Origin: Bdellovibrionota bacterium
GTDB lineage: Bacteria > Bdellovibrionota_G > JALEGL01 > DATDPG01
DNA length: 64,000 nt
Direction: 5' to 3'
Assembly: GCA_963668355.1 (NCBI GenBank)
Contig: OY764265.1
Location: 1,376,001 to 1,440,000, forward strand
Part shown: positions 49,941 through 59,020 of the stretch, piece after piece
How positions within the stretch are numbered: position 1 is the stretch's first letter
Layout: every line of letters starts with the position of its first letter
Position numbers and translations under genes: made by a program
Notes under the pieces: generated by a model
Database searches by the model: none
What the model saw: the letters and a program-made list of their open reading frames with translations, nothing else
What the model was told of the DNA's origin: nothing

Positions 49941-52799
49941 TTATAACGTTTTTAAATACTCCATAAGATCGTTCAATTGATCCTTGGTCATGTCATTCGT
50001 GACGCCGTGTTTGTCGTCAGGATTGTATTCGGTCCAAATTTCTTCCAGTGTGGGTGAGATTCCATTGTGGAGATAGGGTGCCGAATCATAAATATTGTTG
50101 AGGTGGGGGGTGTCAAATAGTCCCTTTTTGTCCAACTCAAATTGAGTTCCCACATCATGAAGTTTCCGATCCGTAAAATAGGGAGGATCATGACAGGTGA
50201 CGCATCGATTTCCTTTCGGAATCTTTCGACCGTCGTTGGTCCATTCCCGTTCAAAAATCATCTTTCCTCGGCGTTGCGCGTCCGTGTATTCGGATCCCGG
50301 AGGATGATAACGATTGGGTGGACGTGGAATTGTGGTGATGTAGTGATCCAAGGCCTTCAATTGTTTGGGTGTAAAGGGTTGGATGCGTGTGAAAAATACG
50401 GAGAGACGCGGACCACACTGACGTTTGAGGCTTGGGTTTTTACCCGTCCACTTGAACGGAGCGGTGTCCAAAATTCCCCGAAGTGTTCGATTGTCCACGG
50501 GATCATACCCGATGCCGTCAGGTTCAATGTCATACGTAAGGCCATCGACGTGCCCGTCTGGATGACACGAATGACACGCGAACTGGCGGTGAAAGGTGAT
50601 GTCCGCGGAGTGAAATAATTGATCGCCCCATCGAATCTCCGTGATTTCTTTGGACCCTCCCAAATCAATGGTTTTGCCTACGTTGAGCGTGTTCAGGTCA
50701 ATGACGGTGATGGTGTCACTCAACGCATCGGCTACAAAAGCGCTTGCACCGTCTCGAGTCACAAGAATGCCTCGGGGACTGGTTCCTGTCGGTATGTGTT
50801 TCACGAGGTAGTTGGATGCCGTTCCTAAGTGATTGGGGAGAACGCGTCGTTTTTCTTCGGGGGTGGCGCGATTGAGAAGGTCTCGCAATCGCTTCGTGTC
50901 GATGACGGCCACGCGGTCTGTCGTTGCGCTGGTGACCAGTGCCATGCTTCCATTGGGTGTGAATGCAACGTCCGTGGCGTCGGCGAATCCCAAATGGGGT
51001 TCGTCGAGTAAAACTTGATTCACGGTTCCATCTTTTTCGATGATGGCAAGACCATTGGTAATGGTCCACCCCTGCATGAGCCGTGTCATGGGAACCAAGG
51101 TTTTGGTTCGGTTTAACGTGGCCAGGGCAAACTCTCCGGATGGGTGCCAATCAATTCCCATCATGAGATTGGCGCCCGGAACCTCCAACCTTTCCTCAAT
51201 GGTGGCATCCTTTGTGTTGATGACCGTGATTTCCGAAACAATCGGAGTGCGAAACTTCGAAAATCGAGATAATGCGTTGGTGACAAAGATGCGTGAACCC
51301 AAAGGGTCAAGTGACATGGACCAAGGGGACCTGCTTGCGCTCAATGTTTTGATTCGAACATAACTTTCCGCTTCCAAAACCGAAATGTCTTCGGAGGCCG
51401 TATTTAAAACGAAGAGATATTTTTCGCTCGGATCTACCATAAGACCATGGGGCTCATCTCCGACGGGAACCGTTCGAATGACACTGCGTTTTCTCACATC
51501 GATGACTGAAACGGTGTCGTCGTGGCGGTTGCTGACATAAGCCAAACGACCCTTGGGATGAAAAACCACGTCCGCTGGATTCGTTCCGACTTGGATCTCA
51601 GCGACTTTTTCGCGACGGGCGACATTTAGAACAATGACGGAGTTGGAGGTTTCACAGGCCACATATACTTCTCGTCCATTTGGGCTCAACGCCATATTTA
51701 GAGGCGTTTTGTATTGCTCTCGTTCCGTTTGGGCCTCTCGTTTATTCACCGATGGATGGGCGATGTTTTTTAGTGCTTGGCTCAAGAGAAAGGGTTTCCC
51801 ATGAGCGTTCTCATGACAGGAAAGGCAAGCTTTGGGGTCTAAACGAACCAAGCCCAAAGCATTGGATTTGTGCTTTTCGTCTTTGAGATAGTCGCTGGCG
51901 GGTCCGTGGCAAGCCTCACACCCGACGCCTTCGTCAACGCTGAACGTCGGTCCAAATACGGCGCTGGGCGAGTTGAAGCCAGTGACATGGCAACGAAGGC
52001 ATTCGTCACTTTTTTGGGGATCGCTGTGGATTCCTTCTGCTTTCGCCATTTTACGGGCCTTGGGTGTAGCCAATACGGCAAAGGCGCGTGCGTGGGGACG
52101 ATCTTTCCATAGGCTGTATTGGTATCCCATGGATGCATCCTGATGACAGTTTGCACATGCGTGAGATCCAACATAATGCCGGAGCGTTTCATGGTTCTGG
52201 GTTGGAGCTGAAGGTAGGTCCGCGGTTTTGAATTTGTTCGGTGTGGGGTGAGCAATTTCCTTTTTGGCTTTTTGGAGATCGAACGTGGCTTTCCCCAAAA
52301 CGGAGGTGTGAGAACCTTTTTCCAGATGGCAGCTCATGCAAAAATCATCGTCCGCCATTTTCAGTCCATGCATCATGGCTTGTTTTCGATCTTGCATGAT
52401 TTTTTTTGTGGCATAGTCGCTTCCGGGGCCATGACAATCTTCGCATTGGATTCCGTCCTGGATTTGAAATGCGGGATCGCGTTCCCATGCTTCGGTCAGA
52501 GCAGCCGGAGCATGGCATCCGAGACAGATGGCTGCCTCTTGAGGATCCTGTAGAATGCCACTTTCTTGCGCGATGATTTTGCTTTCGGGTTTCGCCAGAG
52601 ATGCCCAGGACCCCGCATGTTTGGAAATGAGCCATCGACTAAATTGATGCCCCATGCTTTTTCCGGAGTGGCATTTTGCACACGCGCGGGCTCCGATATA
52701 GACGGGCTTTTGGAACACAGACGTTTCATAAGCCTGAGCTGAAGTAAGAAAACAAAATGTTCCCAGAGTTCCCAAAAGAAAGAGACGCTTCAGGTTCAT
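49941..52799 (-). CDS. Decaheme fusion: two c554-like tetraheme domains + YVTN beta-propeller + diheme CcP/MauG-like domain (HZS beta/gamma-like)
   Basis: CAKCH, CLGCH, CEDCH, CMSCH / CANCH, CLRCH, CEACH, CLSCH; YVSN..DDTVSVID repeats; CHSCH, CVTCH, FDTPHL..IYDSAPYLHNG. Confidence 0.88.
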   Translation of the reverse strand: MNLKRLFLLGTLGTFCFLTSAQAYETSVFQKPVYIGARACAKCHSGKSMGHQFSRWLISKHAGSWASLAKPESKIIAQESGILQDPQEAAICLGCHAPAALTEAWERDPAFQIQDGIQCEDCHGPGSDYATKKIMQDRKQAMMHGLKMADDDFCMSCHLEKGSHTSVLGKATFDLQKAKKEIAHPTPNKFKTADLPSAPTQNHETLRHYVGSHACANCHQDASMGYQYSLWKDRPHARAFAVLATPKARKMAKAEGIHSDPQKSDECLRCHVTGFNSPSAVFGPTFSVDEGVGCEACHGPASDYLKDEKHKSNALGLVRLDPKACLSCHENAHGKPFLLSQALKNIAHPSVNKREAQTEREQYKTPLNMALSPNGREVYVACETSNSVIVLNVARREKVAEIQVGTNPADVVFHPKGRLAYVSNRHDDTVSVIDVRKRSVIRTVPVGDEPHGLMVDPSEKYLFVLNTASEDISVLEAESYVRIKTLSASRSPWSMSLDPLGSRIFVTNALSRFSKFRTPIVSEITVINTKDATIEERLEVPGANLMMGIDWHPSGEFALATLNRTKTLVPMTRLMQGWTITNGLAIIEKDGTVNQVLLDEPHLGFADATDVAFTPNGSMALVTSATTDRVAVIDTKRLRDLLNRATPEEKRRVLPNHLGTASNYLVKHIPTGTSPRGILVTRDGASAFVADALSDTITVIDLNTLNVGKTIDLGGSKEITEIRWGDQLFHSADITFHRQFACHSCHPDGHVDGLTYDIEPDGIGYDPVDNRTLRGILDTAPFKWTGKNPSLKRQCGPRLSVFFTRIQPFTPKQLKALDHYITTIPRPPNRYHPPGSEYTDAQRRGKMIFEREWTNDGRKIPKGNRCVTCHDPPYFTDRKLHDVGTQFELDKKGLFDTPHLNNIYDSAPYLHNGISPTLEEIWTEYNPDDKHGVTNDMTKDQLNDLMEYLKTL

Positions 52800-54427
52800 T
52801 TCTTGCCTCCCTTTTTAAGGAACGGATGTTCCAATGTAATCAGCTGGTCCACAGGGACATTGGTTTGGGTTTCTTGCGTCTGGTCTGGCCATGTGATCGA
52901 GAGAAGGTCAACTTTCTTGTGCTTAGCCAGTCCAAAAAACAGCCGAGCTTGTCTTTGCGAGAGATAGCCACTGGTAGGCATTAGCTCTTGAACTTGAATA
53001 TGGTCGCCAGTTTTCACCGTCACTTTGGCACCGATGGCATCTCTTTTTCCAGAAGGAAAGACTTCTTTGGCTTCAATGGCCAGCCAGTGGTTTTTGTGAG
53101 GTTGGTCGTTTCGAAGAAGCCTGGGAGAGTCGTTGAGGTTCACAATCATGAGATCCACGTCTCCATCGTTGTCGAAGTCTCCGCTGCTGGAGCCCCGACC
53201 CACATATTTTTGAGCAAAGTAGGGTCCGGACTGTTTGGAAACGTCTACAAAGGTCTCTTTGCCTGTGTTTCTGAGTAAGGTGTCTTCTTGAACAAATTCA
53301 AAATGAGCGTGACCATGGACCACAAAAATATCGGTCCATCCATCCAGGTCATAGTCCAATAAGGAAGCTCCCCAACCAGAGTATTGACCGAGGATTTCAG
53401 GAAGTCCTGCAGATCTCGTGTGATCCTCGAACATCCCCTTTTTCTGAATAAGAAGCGTGTTGTAGCGAAGGTCTGGGATGAAAATGTCCATGAGGCCATC
53501 ACGATTTAGGTCTCCGATGGCCGGCCCCATGGAGGAAACGCCTTGTCCGTGTTCGCTAAAGGCAAGGCCTTTAAATACCGCCTTTTCATTGAAGGCGGAC
53601 GTACCGTTGTGTTCGAAGTAATAATTCTCCATGGCATCATTGGCGACATAGATATCCAAAAAACCATCATTGTTGAGATCCGAAGCCGATACACTCATGG
53701 CCCTTCCATCTGGACGATATAAGCCAACATTTCCCGTGACTTCTTCAAAGGTTCCGTCCCCCTGATTTCGGAAGAGCGCATCGGCCTGTCCGCTATAGCT
53801 TAGAGGTCCGGGGTATCCTTTCGCCGCATAGAAATCTCGAAATTTGCCGTCGTCGTATTTGAGGTAATTTCCAATGTAGACGTCCAACCAACCATCTTGG
53901 TTGTAGTCGAACCACACGGCGGAGAGGCTCCAACGAGCATCATCTAAATTGGAAGCGCGAGAGACATCTTCGAACGTTCCGTCTCCTTTGTTTTTGTACA
54001 GAAGGTTTTTTCCGTAATTCAGTACGTAAAGATCTACGAATCCGTCATTGTTATAATCTGCTGCAGAACATCCCGTGCTGAAAATCGACTTACCATTCAC
54101 CTTGGCAGATGCCGTGACATCTTCAAACGTTCCATCCCCTTTGTTTTTGTACAAAACATTATGAAGCTTGTCCTTGAGGTCTCTTCCTCGATTGTCATTC
54201 ACATTTTTTGTCCACTTACCTGTAACAAAGTAAATGTCGGCTAGGCCGTCGTTATTAAAATCAAACACACAGCTTCCCGCACCAGTTCCCTCCACGATAT
54301 TGTCGAGCTTGTGATCTCCGTAGCTGTGTTTGAATTGAATCCCTGCCTTTTGCGTGATGTCACTAAACTGAGGAAGCGCCCATGCAGAGGAGGTGGCAAA
54401 AACCAACGCAAATAGAACAAATCTCAT
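52796..54427 (-). CDS. CRTAC1-family protein (FG-GAP/VCBS repeats + ASPIC/UnbV domain)
   Basis: Repeated D[FY]NNDG..D.Y motifs; C-terminal AIGAKV...GYLSQ...LFFGL...ITWP. Confidence 0.92.
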   Translation of the reverse strand: MRFVLFALVFATSSAWALPQFSDITQKAGIQFKHSYGDHKLDNIVEGTGAGSCVFDFNNDGLADIYFVTGKWTKNVNDNRGRDLKDKLHNVLYKNKGDGTFEDVTASAKVNGKSIFSTGCSAADYNNDGFVDLYVLNYGKNLLYKNKGDGTFEDVSRASNLDDARWSLSAVWFDYNQDGWLDVYIGNYLKYDDGKFRDFYAAKGYPGPLSYSGQADALFRNQGDGTFEEVTGNVGLYRPDGRAMSVSASDLNNDGFLDIYVANDAMENYYFEHNGTSAFNEKAVFKGLAFSEHGQGVSSMGPAIGDLNRDGLMDIFIPDLRYNTLLIQKKGMFEDHTRSAGLPEILGQYSGWGASLLDYDLDGWTDIFVVHGHAHFEFVQEDTLLRNTGKETFVDVSKQSGPYFAQKYVGRGSSSGDFDNDGDVDLMIVNLNDSPRLLRNDQPHKNHWLAIEAKEVFPSGKRDAIGAKVTVKTGDHIQVQELMPTSGYLSQRQARLFFGLAKHKKVDLLSITWPDQTQETQTNVPVDQLITLEHPFLKKGGKK

Positions 54428-54430
54428 GGT

Positions 54431-56029
54431 TTACTTCCCTCCCTTTTGGAGGCTTTTCAAAATGGTGCGTCGCCCCTGATCGCTCAAACGTCTTCGCTGA
54501 CTCTTTAGCGGAAGAAGATTGACGGAATCTTTCCAGAGAGCCTGGGACATGACATTTTCTGGAGTTCGTTCCGCGTCTTCATGACAGCCAATGCATCCAC
54601 GGGGTTCCTTGTTTTTGACCCAGATCCACTGACAACTGCGCAGAACTTGTCCTTGGGCATTCAAAGCTTCCAATTGAATGGGGGTGTTTGCAGGAACTCG
54701 GATATTGAAGGAGCCATCGGTTTCAATCGCCACTTTTCCGAGTAAGTATCGCTCCACGTAATTTTTCTCGGGGCGTCCTTCAATTACGCGCATATGTGTT
54801 GCGAGTTTGGGGTCGAACTCATCCTTCGACAAAGTCGTTGTTTTGATGTCCTGGCAGAAAAGTTCTCCCGTCTTCACGCTTTCGTTGACCACCGAAGAAC
54901 GACCATCGGGCATCGGACGCGAGGCGATGAGTTTGGGTTGGATTTCGTGAAAGGCGGGGTCGTCTTTAAGGAGCGAAAGCTCTCCGGAGTAGGGATTCAA
55001 ACGGTACAGACCAAAGGTTTGAAATCCAGGGCCCGATTGGTTCGAAACCAGAATCTCTCCGTTGGGCAGAGGTGCGGGAGTTCGAAATTTTCCATCCGCA
55101 GGGGCCGAGAGATATCGATGGGAATGAACACTCCGGCGTAAACTTACGGCGGCCAATCGTCCTCCCGGCTGGCTCATGGATCCCTCTTCGGATTCCACAA
55201 ACACAACAAGGTTTTGGTTTGTTTGGATGGGAGATTCTTTGAAGCGAGATCCGCGATCATCTCCAAAGTGAACGACATCGGTTCCGTCGCTATTAATGGT
55301 AAAAAGCGTTCTTCGCTCTGGCCAGGAAGGGGTTCCTCGATCCCGTTGCCAAGCGGCATAGAGGACTCGGCCATCTTGCATGATAAATGGGTCTTGAGTT
55401 CCGTATGGCGTGAATGTGAGTTGACGAAGTGCGGACCCGTCCATTCGACAAGAGTATAAAGCGGAAGGTTTTCCCTTCGGGGTTCCCAAGAACGTAATTT
55501 GGTTCCAAGGAAGCGTTGAGGTGATGACGTACATGGTGGACTGGTAGACGGGGGTTCGACAATCAAAAGGTTCGTTGGTGATTTGTTTCAGGCCCGAACC
55601 ATCCAAGTTCATTTCGTAGACTTGCCAAAAATCAGTCGCTTTCTTTTTTCCCGCAAAGAGGAAACGCTCGCCATCAAACGAAACATCGGGATCCGCCGCT
55701 TGAAAAAAAGAGCTGGTCAAGGATTCCATGCTGCCATCGGAACGAAGGAGCATGACACGAGATCGGCCCGGATGAACCTCTCGGCCTTCCAAACGGGATG
55801 GGATTTGGGTGAAGAGAAGACCGTGAAATTGAGGAACGGCTTTGGACAAATTCAACAGTCCTGACTCGGATGTTCGAGTCAGCATCGAGGCGGTTGGGTC
55901 GAGATGATCGCCTCCTTGGTCCCAAGATCCTGGGGTGACCACGGTTGTTCTGGAAACGGGATGGTGGGAGGAGCAGGTCAAAAGGAAACAAAAACTGAAA
56001 CATAAAAAGGTTTTTAGCAAATGTGTCAT
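54431..56029 (-). CDS. Hydrazine-synthase-alpha-like lipoprotein (TolB-like propeller + HZS-alpha middle domain, one heme motif)
   Basis: Lipobox-like LLTC; DPDVSFDG..FLFAG, QDGRVLY..W, INSDGT; DGSFNIRVPANTPIQLEAL..QG...W.WV.N.EPRGCIGCHE. Confidence 0.8.
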   Translation of the reverse strand: MTHLLKTFLCFSFCFLLTCSSHHPVSRTTVVTPGSWDQGGDHLDPTASMLTRTSESGLLNLSKAVPQFHGLLFTQIPSRLEGREVHPGRSRVMLLRSDGSMESLTSSFFQAADPDVSFDGERFLFAGKKKATDFWQVYEMNLDGSGLKQITNEPFDCRTPVYQSTMYVITSTLPWNQITFLGTPKGKPSALYSCRMDGSALRQLTFTPYGTQDPFIMQDGRVLYAAWQRDRGTPSWPERRTLFTINSDGTDVVHFGDDRGSRFKESPIQTNQNLVVFVESEEGSMSQPGGRLAAVSLRRSVHSHRYLSAPADGKFRTPAPLPNGEILVSNQSGPGFQTFGLYRLNPYSGELSLLKDDPAFHEIQPKLIASRPMPDGRSSVVNESVKTGELFCQDIKTTTLSKDEFDPKLATHMRVIEGRPEKNYVERYLLGKVAIETDGSFNIRVPANTPIQLEALNAQGQVLRSCQWIWVKNKEPRGCIGCHEDAERTPENVMSQALWKDSVNLLPLKSQRRRLSDQGRRTILKSLQKGGK

Positions 56030-56125
56030 TTTGGGATTCACCTTAGCCAACTCAGGTCGAGTCGCAATGAGCTTGAATCATGTTTTCACGTTTGTTTTTC
56101 TCACGAAACGACTTGAGGATCTAGC

Positions 56126-56147
56126 ATATTGTGCATATGCACATTAT
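56126..56147. promoter_or_regulatory. Palindromic putative operator in divergent intergenic region
   Basis: ATATTGTGCATATGCACATTAT with perfect 14-bp core TGTGCATATGCACA. Confidence 0.55.
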
Positions 56148-56216
56148 AAATTTCTGAGGAGGGATTGATTTGTTGTCCGATATCCTCCAAGATGCCCCCC
56201 TTTCAGGAGGCCCAAC

Positions 56217-56897
56217 GTGACGCATCAAGTTTCTGATCTACAAATCAAAGACTGCTCTCTCATTACGCTGTCGACGGGTTTGCGGAGTCAAAACCTTCTC
56301 GACATGCGGGATCGCATCGTGCAAGCCCCATTGGAGAGCATCTACCACCATTTTTACGAAGGCATCCTTCGCCCCAGTTTCGATGATCTGGAATATCGAA
56401 ACGATTTTGCGGTCTGGGCCCATCAAGCCCTGAGAGATCCTCACCTGGCCGAGCGGCTTGGCCAGATTCATCCTTTAAGGTTTAGGACATTGGAGGAGTT
56501 GCGCGAAGCCCTTCTGGATGTGATCGAAGACCGTCTTTCGGAGCATGATGTCGTTCCATGGGCGGAGCGCGGAAGGGAATTCTACTTTCTCTCCGCAAAA
56601 GTGGTCATTTTTGATACCCACGCTCGTGTGGAACGTCCCAAAGACCTTCCCTCCGTGGTGGAGACGCTCACGCGAAGCAGCATCTATTTTCATTTCATTG
56701 AAGCTCAACGAAGAGATCCCGTGGATGTGGACGATTTTTCAGCCTGGCTGAGGAGTTGGGGAGACGCCTACGAACCGGTATGCAAACGATTGAGTGCCAT
56801 TGACTATCATTTTTTCAACTTAAGAGAGGTGAGGGAACACATCTTAGAAGCGCTATCGTTGGTTCCTAAAATCGCCGAAAAAGAGGAGAGGGCCTAA
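56217..56897 (+). CDS. DUF5752-like protein (two internal repeats; usually next to TreT-like genes)
   Basis: Repeats SIYHHFYE...NDFAVW and SIYFHFIE...DDFSAW; upstream of TreT-like GT4. Confidence 0.75.
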   Translation: MTHQVSDLQIKDCSLITLSTGLRSQNLLDMRDRIVQAPLESIYHHFYEGILRPSFDDLEYRNDFAVWAHQALRDPHLAERLGQIHPLRFRTLEELREALLDVIEDRLSEHDVVPWAERGREFYFLSAKVVIFDTHARVERPKDLPSVVETLTRSSIYFHFIEAQRRDPVDVDDFSAWLRSWGDAYEPVCKRLSAIDYHFFNLREVREHILEALSLVPKIAEKEERA

Positions 56898-56899
56898 CG

Positions 56900-58144
56900 A
56901 TGCTTGATGCTCTAAATATTCAAGATTATTCCAAGGTTGTGCGTCCGGAGGTGATTGACCAACTTCATCAATTGGCTGCTCCATTGGCCGGAGCCAAAGT
57001 CGTACATGTAAATTCCACAAAGCTTGGAGGTGGCGTTGCGGAGATCCTGGATCGCTTAATTCCCCTCAAACGTTCATTGAACATCAATGCCAGCTGGGAA
57101 ACCATTGGAGGTGATCCGGATTTCTTTGTGTGCACGAAGGCGTTCCACAACGGCTTGCAAGGAAACCGCGTGGATATTCCTCAGCACTTATTGAACCATT
57201 TTGAATCCATCAATGAAGAAAATGCAGAAAAGCTCCGTTCTACATTGGAGGACGCAGACTATGTATTCATTCATGATCCCCAACCCGCACCGCTTTTAAA
57301 ACTTTGTCCGAACCGAAAAGGAAAATGGGTGTGGCGTTGTCACATCGACGTGAGTCGACCCCATCGTCCGGTGTGGAAATACTTGAAACGCTTTTTACAT
57401 GACTACGATGCAAGCATTTATTCGCTGGCTGCCTTCGCGCAACCTCTGGGCCATCCTCAATTTTTGGTTCCTCCAAGCATCGATCCCTTGAGTGAGAAAA
57501 ACATCGAGCTTTCCAAAAGCGATGTCCGGGATACGGCCAAGAAGTTTGGTTTTGATTTAAATCGCCCCATCATTTCACAGATCTCCCGTTTCGATCGTTT
57601 TAAGGATCCTGTGGGAGTCATTCGAGCCTATAAATTGGTCAAGGAATATCTCCCTGTCCAACTGGTGTTGGCTGGAGGCGGAGCCACAGATGACCCCGAA
57701 GGGGCTGCGGTGTTGGAGGAAGTCAAAGAATTGGCGGGGGATGATCCGGATTTGCATATTCTTTTATTGCCACCGGATGCACATCGAACGATCAACGCCA
57801 TTCAACGATGTTCGGATGTCGTGTTGCAAAAATCGGTGCGCGAAGGATTTGGTTTGACGGTTACGGAAGCCCTCTGGAAAAAGAAACCTGTCATTGGTGG
57901 AGAAACGGGAGGAATTACCCTCCAAGTGGTGAATCATCATACAGGATTTCTGGTGAATACTCCGGAGGGAGCGGCGTTTCGAATTCGATATTTGCTTTCC
58001 AGGCCCAAAGAAAGAAAAACAATGGGCAAAAAGGGATTCGAATTTGTGCGGGACCATTTTCTGTTGACCCGCCACTTGCGAGACTATCTGACGATCTTGG
58101 TTTCCTTGAACCACAAGGATTCTTCCAAGATCAGCTTGGGCTAA
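56900..58144 (+). CDS. treT: Trehalose glycosyltransferring synthase-like GT4
   Basis: VNST..GGGVAEIL, IHDPQP, WRCHID, QISRFDRFKDP, QKS.REGFGLTVTEALWK. Confidence 0.85.
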   Translation: MLDALNIQDYSKVVRPEVIDQLHQLAAPLAGAKVVHVNSTKLGGGVAEILDRLIPLKRSLNINASWETIGGDPDFFVCTKAFHNGLQGNRVDIPQHLLNHFESINEENAEKLRSTLEDADYVFIHDPQPAPLLKLCPNRKGKWVWRCHIDVSRPHRPVWKYLKRFLHDYDASIYSLAAFAQPLGHPQFLVPPSIDPLSEKNIELSKSDVRDTAKKFGFDLNRPIISQISRFDRFKDPVGVIRAYKLVKEYLPVQLVLAGGGATDDPEGAAVLEEVKELAGDDPDLHILLLPPDAHRTINAIQRCSDVVLQKSVREGFGLTVTEALWKKKPVIGGETGGITLQVVNHHTGFLVNTPEGAAFRIRYLLSRPKERKTMGKKGFEFVRDHFLLTRHLRDYLTILVSLNHKDSSKISLG

Positions 58145-58156
58145 GTTCATATTTTT

Positions 58157-58969
58157 GTGAGGAAGAAGAAACGAAAACGAGTTTTCCTTCGATCCGTTTT
58201 CGGACTTCTTCTCTTTTTGGGTTTGATTGCCGGAATTGTCTTCCTGGTGTGGACACGCGATCTTCCTGAAGTGAGCGTATTAAAAACGCAGTATCCCGTT
58301 TTTTTAAGAGGGACACAGGAGATTCGTTTTCAAAAAAACCCTCCGCGGTTGTGGGTTTCATTGGAGAATGTTTCGGAAATTGCCGTTCATGCCATTCGTT
58401 TGAGTGAAGACTGGGGCTTTTTTGGACATCGAGGAATTGATTTCCATGAAATCAAAGAATCTGTGAAAAAAAATCTTCTCAAAGGGCGATATGCGCGGGG
58501 AGCAAGCACCATCACTCAGCAACTGGCGCGCAATGTGTTTCTGACGCCGGAAAAATCCTTGAGACGCAAGGTTCGAGAAATCGTTTTGGCTCGAAAGATG
58601 GAAAGGGAGCTTTCCAAAGATCGAATTTTGGAAATGTATTTGAACGTTGTCGAATGGGGGATCGGCATTCGAGGAATTGTTCAGGCATCTCAACTCTACT
58701 TTGAAAAAGCGCCACGCTTTTTAAATGCCAAGGAAGGAGCCTTCCTGGCCATGTTGCTTCCAAGTCCCCATCGCTATTCTAGCTCCTTTCGAGAGGGAGA
58801 ACTGACTCCCTATGCACGCAAAACCATTCGTTCCATTTTGAGAAAGCTCTTTCGTGCAGGCTATCTCACTGAAGAAGCTTGGAAACGGGAGCAAGATCGT
58901 CCGTTGGGCTTTGAATTGGAAAAGGATGAACTCGAAGTGGCCCCGTTTTATGAGAGCAAGACTCTTTGA
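58157..58969 (+). CDS. mtgA: Monofunctional peptidoglycan transglycosylase
   Basis: SED..FF.H.GID, GASTITQQLARN, RKVRE, SKDRILEMYLN; no transpeptidase domain. Confidence 0.9.
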   Translation: MRKKKRKRVFLRSVFGLLLFLGLIAGIVFLVWTRDLPEVSVLKTQYPVFLRGTQEIRFQKNPPRLWVSLENVSEIAVHAIRLSEDWGFFGHRGIDFHEIKESVKKNLLKGRYARGASTITQQLARNVFLTPEKSLRRKVREIVLARKMERELSKDRILEMYLNVVEWGIGIRGIVQASQLYFEKAPRFLNAKEGAFLAMLLPSPHRYSSSFREGELTPYARKTIRSILRKLFRAGYLTEEAWKREQDRPLGFELEKDELEVAPFYESKTL

Positions 58970-59020
58970 AGGGGCGGAGGACTTTTTGGCAAACCCTCCC
59001 AGCTCGAATAGGATTCAGAT

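Noticed and set aside
43733..56050. Calling the operon a bona fide anammox hzsABC cluster
   Set aside because: The alpha-like protein is short and appears to lack the Tyr ligand and second heme domain, the gamma-like Asp appears replaced, there is no HAO/HDH gene in the window, and flanking genes do not look planctomycetal.
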